From: Octopus bimaculoides
Taxonomy: Eukaryota
Assembly (NCBI RefSeq): GCF_001194135.2
Contig: NC_068986.1
Span: 10,232,646 to 10,284,678 of the forward strand
DNA: 52,033 nt
Reading direction: 5' to 3'
The notes below the pieces were generated by a model. That model saw only the letters and a program-made list of their open reading frames with translations, made no database searches and was not told where the DNA came from. The position numbers and the translations under genes are program-made. Of the stretch, positions 44,735 to 52,033 are shown one piece after another (the stretch's first letter is position 1; the number at the start of each line of letters is the position of its first letter).

Positions 44735-47448
44735 AATTCTTTCTACTATCGACACAAAGCTGGAGGAGAAATTTTGGTGGGGGTGGTCGAATACATTGAC
44801 CCCATTGTCCGACTGATACGTATTTTATCGACTCCGGAAAAAAATATTATGGTTTCTGATTTTTGCATATGACCACAGTCAATACCACTGGTCTCAATAA
44901 TTCAGTGGTACTTTATTTTATCGACCCCTAAAGGAGAAAAAGAAAAGATAACTTCGACAGGATTTGAATTCAGAATAAAAAGATAACGGATGCCTTAAAG
45001 GGTTTTTCTTTTTTGTCCGACATTCTTCCGATTTCGCCAGCAGGTCTAAATTGAGTGAGGCCGAAGCCAAGTGATGAAAGTTATTTGAGAAAATCAAGGA
45101 GTAGGATTAAACAATGGTTTAATTGTAGTGTAAGCAGCTGGAAATATTTCGTGCAGTGAAGTGATGCGGAAAGACAGATGATATAGACAAGAATAGCCTC
45201 AATATAGTTAGATAAAAATCACTGAACTGAAACTGGATATGAGAAAAGATACGTAAAGTTAAGCTCAAATGTCTGTTTTCAAATAGGGGATTCGATATTA
45301 GTCAACCGTGAGAGAAATTACTGAAACGGCAGACTGAATGTATGATATTGAGAGGGGAGAGAGAGAGGGGGGTAGAGAGAGGAAAGGATACAAAAAGTAC
45401 AAAACTGGAAATGATGTCACAGTGAACGCCATTTTTAGTCTTCTCCTTTATTGCTGCAGCTTGACCTTGGACGACATTTTCCATTTGTTTAAAAAAAATT
45501 TTTTAAAATTCTTTTTACTTGTTTTAGCCATTTGACTGCGGCCATGCTGGAGCACCGCCTTAAAGGGTGTTAGTCGAAGACATCGACCCCAGGGCTTATT
45601 CTTTGTAAGCCTAGTACTTATTCTATCGGTCTTGTTTGCCGAACCGCTGGGTTACGGGAATTTAAGCACACCAACATCAATTATCAAGTGATGGTGGGGG
45701 AGGGGAACAAACACAAACACACACACAAATATAAATATATGACAGGCTTCTTTCAGTTTCCGTCTACCAAATCCACTCACAAGGCTTTGGTCGACCCGAG
45801 GCTATAGTAGAAGACACTTGCCCAAGGTGCCACGCAGTGGGCCTGAACCCAGAACCATGTGGTTGGGAAGCCACGCTTGCTCCTACAGATTTTTCGTAGT
45901 TTGACACTTTGGCGTAGATATGACGCGTTCGGTTGAGGAATGGAATATTCTACAAACTTTCCAAAATTGCCATTTTTCCATTTTAAAGACATATTTGGGA
46001 CCTCATCTTTATCTTTTATTTTCTACTTGTTTCAATCAGTAGGCTGTGGCCATGCTGGGGCACTGCCTTGAATTTTTGGTCGAATGAATTGACCACCACT
46101 ACTTAACTTACATTTTTAAGCCTGGTATTTATTCTATCAGTCTTTTTTGCCGAACCGCTAAGTTACTTGGAGGTAAACACACCAACACCGGTTGTCAAAC
46201 GATGATGGGAGACAAACGCAGACACAAAGACAGACAGACAGACAGACAGACAGACATATGATGGACTTTCCCGTCGAAGACGACGTATGGACGTTCAGCT
46301 TTTGCCGAACGACCTGCACAAAGGATTTTGTTTGTAGGGATCGAATGTTCGTGCCCCACATTTGCTCACTCTCTCCATTAAACCGACATTATCTGAACAG
46401 GTGTCACGGTGTGCCATGCGTCAGGTGTCGAAGTGATCGCAGAGCAGCGTGAGATGAAGTGTCTTGCTCAAGAACACTACGCACCACGCGGTCTAGGAAT
46501 TGAAACCACGATTGCGAGATCCTGAGTGCAACACCCCCAACCACTAAGTCATATATATTTGACAGGCTTCTGTCAGTTTCCATCTACGAAATATACACTC
46601 ACAAAACTTTGGTTGGTTCGCGACGATAGTAGAAAACACGCAGCAGGACTGAACCCTGAAGCATGTGGTTGGGAAGCGAGCTTCTTACCACACAACTACT
46701 CCTGTGTAAAAAAAAAAGAAGACCTTAATACACATTCTCACAGAAACTTAAGTTGGGAGATCGATAATTAATAAGTGATGGTGGGCACGGAGGATTCCAA
46801 ACGTTTTAGAGACAAACAACCACTTAAGCAATCAAATCCACGAATTAGCAATCAATTAAAAAGATAAAATAAAGGAGACTGCAATAGTTGTCTTGTTTCA
46901 AAATATCAGCTATTATGAAGGTGGCAAAAACTGGCAGAATCGTTAGGTCACCGGGTAAAATGCTCAGCGGTACTTCGTCCGTCGTTAGGTTGTGAGTTCA
47001 AATTTCGCCAAGGTCGACTTTACCTTTTTTGTTTCCGGGTCGATAAAATAAGTACTGGGATCGATGTCATCGATTTACTGCTGCCACCCAAAATTGTTGG
47101 CCTTCTGTCAAAATTTGAAACCAAGATATCAATACTTAATTGACAATTATAGTGTTCAAATTTGTAAATAATGCAGAAAAAATACAAAGCTACAACAGCA
47201 ATACTCTTCGGAAAACTTTAAACGGAAAATTTGTAAAATGCTGAATATTTTCTTTCTCCAGCGAAGTTCCCGTATATTGTGTCACAACTGGATAGAGCGA
47301 GATTTATTCATCCACCAGAGATATTTTTCACTGTAAGAAAAAACAAAACAAAACAAAACAAGAAAAGGTTCAGACGCACAGGGAATGTTTTAACACTCTT
47401 TATGCTGTATCTAACCTTTACAAATCTTCCTTGACGCTCATAATAACG

Positions 47449-48125
47449 GGATCTTTGGGGTTTGACTGGCAACATTTTTTTATGTAGTGTTTTTGGTACC
47501 GAAACACTTTCAGACTTCGTATACTTGTATATTTTGTGGTATAGAACAGATAAAAAATTTTGTATTCGAAGTTATTTCACGTTAAAAATTGTCTTATTTC
47601 GATAATTTCAACTAATCACTGACGTCTATTCAGTTGAAAACAGTTAGCGCTGTAACGGTGTATATGGTATTAATCCCCGTTAGTTCTGACATTTCCGATT
47701 AACTAGACTGTTCGTAAACAAAGGGGAAAAAGCCATCAAAATACTTGAATATTGCCTCCACTTGTTATTGGAGCTGGCAGAATTATTAATGCACGTCCAA
47801 GTGCTTCATTTCCTNNNNNNNNNNNGTAATTTATTATATAAACAATATATGCGTATAAATTACGATTAAACCGGATGAAATATGTCACAGGGAATAACAT
47901 TTTTATGACCGGCCAGCGGTAACTGTATTCAGCTGAATAGATGTCAGTGATTGGTTGAAATTACACAAATACGACAACTTTAACATGAAATAACTTGCGA
48001 TGTACACAATTTTGTTAAGAAGGTTAAGAGAAGAAGTTGTTTTATATGACACATTCTATCAGTGTCCCAAGTTTGAAAGTGTTTCGTTAAGAAAACAAAT
48101 GTTGCCCGTCAAACCCCAAAGATCC
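47449..48125. mobile_element. Non-autonomous DNA transposon with long imperfect TIRs and an 8-9-bp TSD (Mutator- or hAT-like)
   Basis: ggatctttggggtttgactggcaacatt / aatgttgcccgtcaaaccccaaagatcc; taataacg(g) at 47441 and 48126. Confidence 0.75.
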
Positions 48126-48659
48126 TAATAACGGTTTCAAATTTTTGCACAAGGCCAGCAATTTCCGGGGAAGGGATAAGTCGATTATATCAACGCCAGC
48201 GTTCAACTGGTGTCTATGTTATCGACCCCGAACTCAGAACGTAACGGCAGATGACATACCACTAAGCATTTCGCCCGGCGTGATAACAATTCTGTCGGTT
48301 CACCGTTTTAATGTCGGCTAAAATAATGTCAGCATCGCTTATGTCCCTTGTTTCACACAGACAAATGGAAAACCGAGCGGTAACACCTCACTCAGCTGGC
48401 GGGAACGTTTTTCTTTCAGATATCTCCGTTATTTTTGTTATTTTCATTGGTTCAAGTTCAAGACTTTGGTTGGCATCTTGCCGATTAGTGAGAACATTAT
48501 TCTAGTTTCATTCGTAACCTAAAACACGTCAATTTACAGAATACCTAGGAAATACGTGCAAATAATTTTAACTTCATTTTCATATTATTTGTTTTCTGGA
48601 AAACACCCAGGTGTTCTATTTATCTTAGTTTCGACCAATGACATACATACATACATACG

Positions 48660-48695
<36 letters not shown>

Positions 48696-49204
48696 TACGT
48701 CTATATATATGTATATATATATATANNNNNNNNNNNNNNNNNNNNNNNNNNNNNNNNNNNNNNNNNNNNNNNNNNNNNNNNNNNNNNNNNNNNNNNNNNN
48801 NNNNNNNNNNNNNNNNNNNNNNNNNNNNNNNNNNNNNNNNNNNNNNNNNNNNNNNNNNNNNNNNNNNNNNNNNNNNNNNNNNNNNNNNNNNNNNNNNNNN
48901 NNNNNNNNNNNNNNNNNNNNNNNNNNNNNNNNNNNNNNNNNNNNNNNNNNNNNNNNNNNNNNNNNNNNNNNNNNNNNNNNNNNNNNNNNNNNNNNNNNNN
49001 NNNNNNNNNNNNNNNNNNNNNNNNNNNNNNNNNNNNNNNNNNNNNNNNNNNNNNNNNNNNNNNNNNNNNNNNNNNNNNNNNNNNNNNNNNNNNNNNNNNN
49101 NNNNNNNNNNNNNNNNNNNNNNNNNNNNNNNNNNNNNNNNNNNNNNNNNNNNNNNNNNNNNNNNNNNNNNNNNNNNNNNNNNNNNNNNNNNNNNNNNNNN
49201 NNNN

Positions 49205-49243
<39 letters not shown>

Positions 49244-50686
49244 GTATTTATATATCAGCAGTGATTTATATATTTATATATCCCTGGAATGTATTGGAAA
49301 GATAAACGAGATGACAAGGCGTTTTAAGCCAGAAGTTAAGGAGTATAAATGATAAGTACGCTATAAAATTCGCGAGTCGAAGTGGCAGGAAATTGCATTA
49401 CAATTACTTTGTAAAATGTATTATTTAGTACTATTAGGTTACAAGTTGGGATGAGGTCGTGACTTTAGCTTTAAAAGCAATAGTATATATATATGCTTGA
49501 GGTGGGAAAATCGAGTGATTTTGACACCTGGCAATATCATTCAATCCGGCTGAGTCAGCATTGTTGAAAATATTGACGCTGTCTGAAAATCAATTAATAA
49601 ACAGTAGAAGCGAAATATTAGCGGAACATGTCCATTATATCTACACCTGCTTTTTACTATAAGTACCAACATCGAATATACACACAATCGGGTTAACTTG
49701 TAGCTACAAACCTAGAATTTAAAAGGAGTACCTATAAAACTGTTTTGTCGATGCCCTAAGGGCGAAGAAGTAGGATCTCCCAAGACATATAAATAGAGGT
49801 AGTCTGGCCGTGGTAGGGTGTTGAGTAGCTATCGAGAGGCAGTTGTGTAGCGGTTGAGTAGAGATCATCCGAAAGTGCTAGATAGCAGTAGCATTGAGAC
49901 ATAACAAAAACAAAGAAATATCTCTCAGGAATGGACATTGCTACCTCAAAAACTATAGAAAATAGAATTAACAAACCGAAAATATTGAGTAAGCTGTATT
50001 CTTGTCTACTTTAGGCACAAGGCCCGAAATTTTTTGGGGAAGGCGCCAATCGATTAGATCGATCCCAGTACATAACTAGCACTTAATTTATCGACCCTGG
50101 AATGATGAAAGGCAAAGTCAACCTCGGCGAAATATTGAGTAAGCTTCATTAAAACACTGATGCATAATATAGAAAAATGATAACAAGCTAAGGAATAAGA
50201 AAGGTAGAGCTTCAAACATATAGATCAGTTAACGAACACAGACCAAAAGATGAGTTGCTTAAAATTCTTTAACGCAATCTAAACACGAAAATACCGCGAA
50301 AACGAACCGAACGTAGACTTGCAGAATAGTATACCTTTTAACAGACGTCCCCAAATCATATACCAAGGGAATAGACCAGCGGAGATCAATATCTGTTATA
50401 GATATATCTAATTATAAATTTGTATATGAAAATATTTAGGTATATGTGTAGGTAAATAGCAGAAGCTGGATAGCATTGTTTAACTGTTTTTTTTCGACGG
50501 GCTCCCAGATGAATGAAACAAATATACATCTGTAAGAGTCAGCAATTTAAATATGTGTATGTGTGTGTATGTATACACACATGCATACACACAGATATAT
50601 ACGTAGATATAGACATGCATAAACACACACACGCACACACACCAAAAACATAAATACACACACACACACATATATATACACACATA

Positions 50687-50728
<42 letters not shown>

Positions 50729-51268
50729 GGGCAAACTAATGGAGTGGTTAGAGTCCTGGATAGATTGCTTTGCAGTAAACGCTTCGGCTCCCTGAGTTCA
50801 GATCCAGCCGCGGTCTTTCAACATTTTGCGATGTATGTATGCATGTATACCCTTTACCTAGCCACATAACCCCACCTCTATCCCCACCCCAGCCTAACCC
50901 ATACCCCACCCGTGCTTTCCCCACTCTCGCCTCCTCCACATTCCAACGCCATAACACCACACCACGCTACACCATAGCACACAACACATCACATCACAAC
51001 ACCCCTCCACGCACACACCAGCACTGACCAATTCCCATCCCCACATTTTCATACTTTCAAACCTACATGCACACATGCATACGTTAAGATCACCAGCATT
51101 CTCTCACACACACGCACCTTCGTTTTGGGATCACTACCACTTTGTTATCTCCCCTTCTTCTTAACTCTCCTGTGTGACCCGTCTGTCCGGCATTCGCCAT
51201 GATAGATCGCTAACCACTTCACACATAATTTTCTCTCCTTGTTTCTCTCCTTGTTTCTTTCTGTGTTC

Positions 51269-51304
51269 CTTTCTGTGGAAGAGCGTAGGCTCGAAACGTT
51301 AAAG
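51269..51304 (+). ncRNA. Hammerhead-like variant motif (core CTGTGGA-A) inside an interspersed repeat
   Basis: Stem I CTTT/AAAG; stem II GAGC/GCTC with GTAG loop; GAAA; ACGT palindrome; GUU. Position 6 is U rather than the conserved A. Confidence 0.4.
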
Positions 51305-51393
51305 ACTTTCTCAATTCCCGAGCATTATGCTAATACATCTATTTGTTTCCAGCACCACCTGTCTTCGTCTGTTGTTTTTTGTGAATTCTCCCT

Positions 51394-51560
51394 ATGTATG
51401 TATGTATGTATGTATGTATGTATGTATGTATGTATGTATGTATGTTTGTATGTATGTTTGTATGTATGTATGTATGTATGTATGTATGTATGTATGTATG
51501 ATGCATGCATGCATGTATGTATGCATGCACGCATGTATGTATGTATGTATGTATGTATGT
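51394..51560 (+). repeat. (TATG)n compound microsatellite. Many other (TA)n, (CA)n, (AAT)n and (GA)n tracts occur across the window, often at gap edges.
   Basis: Direct reading. Confidence 0.95.
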
Positions 51561-51909
51561 ATTTGTGCATGTATAATGTATATGTGTATGTTTGGTTGTG
51601 TCGTGTGTATTTAGGGTGTATAATGCGTTGCACGTACACACCGCTTGCATGGGTGAAGTCATTTGATTTGAAGGACGGAGAGAACTGCCAAGGTTAAAGA
51701 ACAAGAAAAAGAAAAAGAAAAAGAAAAAGTGAAAACAAATACGAAACAAAACAGAAGAGAAATTAATGTATAGAGGAGAAGGAGAGGCAGTGAGAGGGTA
51801 AGAGAAAGTGAAAAGATTGAAGAAGAAAGAGAAGACAAAGGAAAGGAGACAAGGAGAGAGTGAGAGGGAGAGTAAGGCACAGAAAGAAAAAAACATCGGG
51901 AGAAAAGTA

Positions 51910-51947
<38 letters not shown>

Positions 51948-52033
51948 GAGGGATGGCTAAATATGTAGAAAGATAGACAGGTAGGTAGATAGGCAGATTA
52001 TGTAGAAACGTAGGTGTGTGTGCGTATGTATAT

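Noticed and set aside
50855-50872. Alternative WGY-encoding stretch as CA exon 1
   Set aside because: No upstream ATG, wrong phase and low-complexity context; 35321-35357 fits fully.

Overview
Eukaryotic, AT-rich, gap-containing draft-assembly window. The SINE, LINE and microsatellite content looks cephalopod (octopus-like) to me; this is recognition, not proof. One protein-coding gene is supported: a complete 7-exon cytosolic alpha-carbonic anhydrase on the minus strand. CDS = complement join(35321..35357, 20975..21163, 17033..17154, 13562..13657, 11225..11339, 8140..8249, 5917..6021), 774 nt, 257 aa. All six introns are GT-AG with consistent phases, and a TATA/CCAAT core promoter lies upstream. 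The zinc ligands are intact, but the proton-shuttle His64 position is Leu. The rest of the window is repeats: decayed RTE and CR1-like LINEs, a Penelope GIY-YIG fragment, two mariner-derived long-TIR elements, a solo LTR inserted in a 46/48-bp dimeric minisatellite, several MITEs, many tRNA-derived SINEs and microsatellites. The most notable signal outside the ORF track is a set of hammerhead-ribozyme motifs found by manual folding. These are a full type I hammerhead inside a 407-bp direct-repeat-bounded unit (24.5 kb), a minimal dimer-type hammerhead (20.7 kb), one at the 3' end of the Penelope element (40.6 kb), a head-to-head palindromic element joining a tRNA-like Pol III head to a hammerhead tail (9 kb), and a core-variant family (30.1 and 51.3 kb). 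Within the CA introns, the intact cores lie antisense to the pre-mRNA and the sense-oriented copies are all damaged. No ribozyme activity or expression can be shown from sequence alone.
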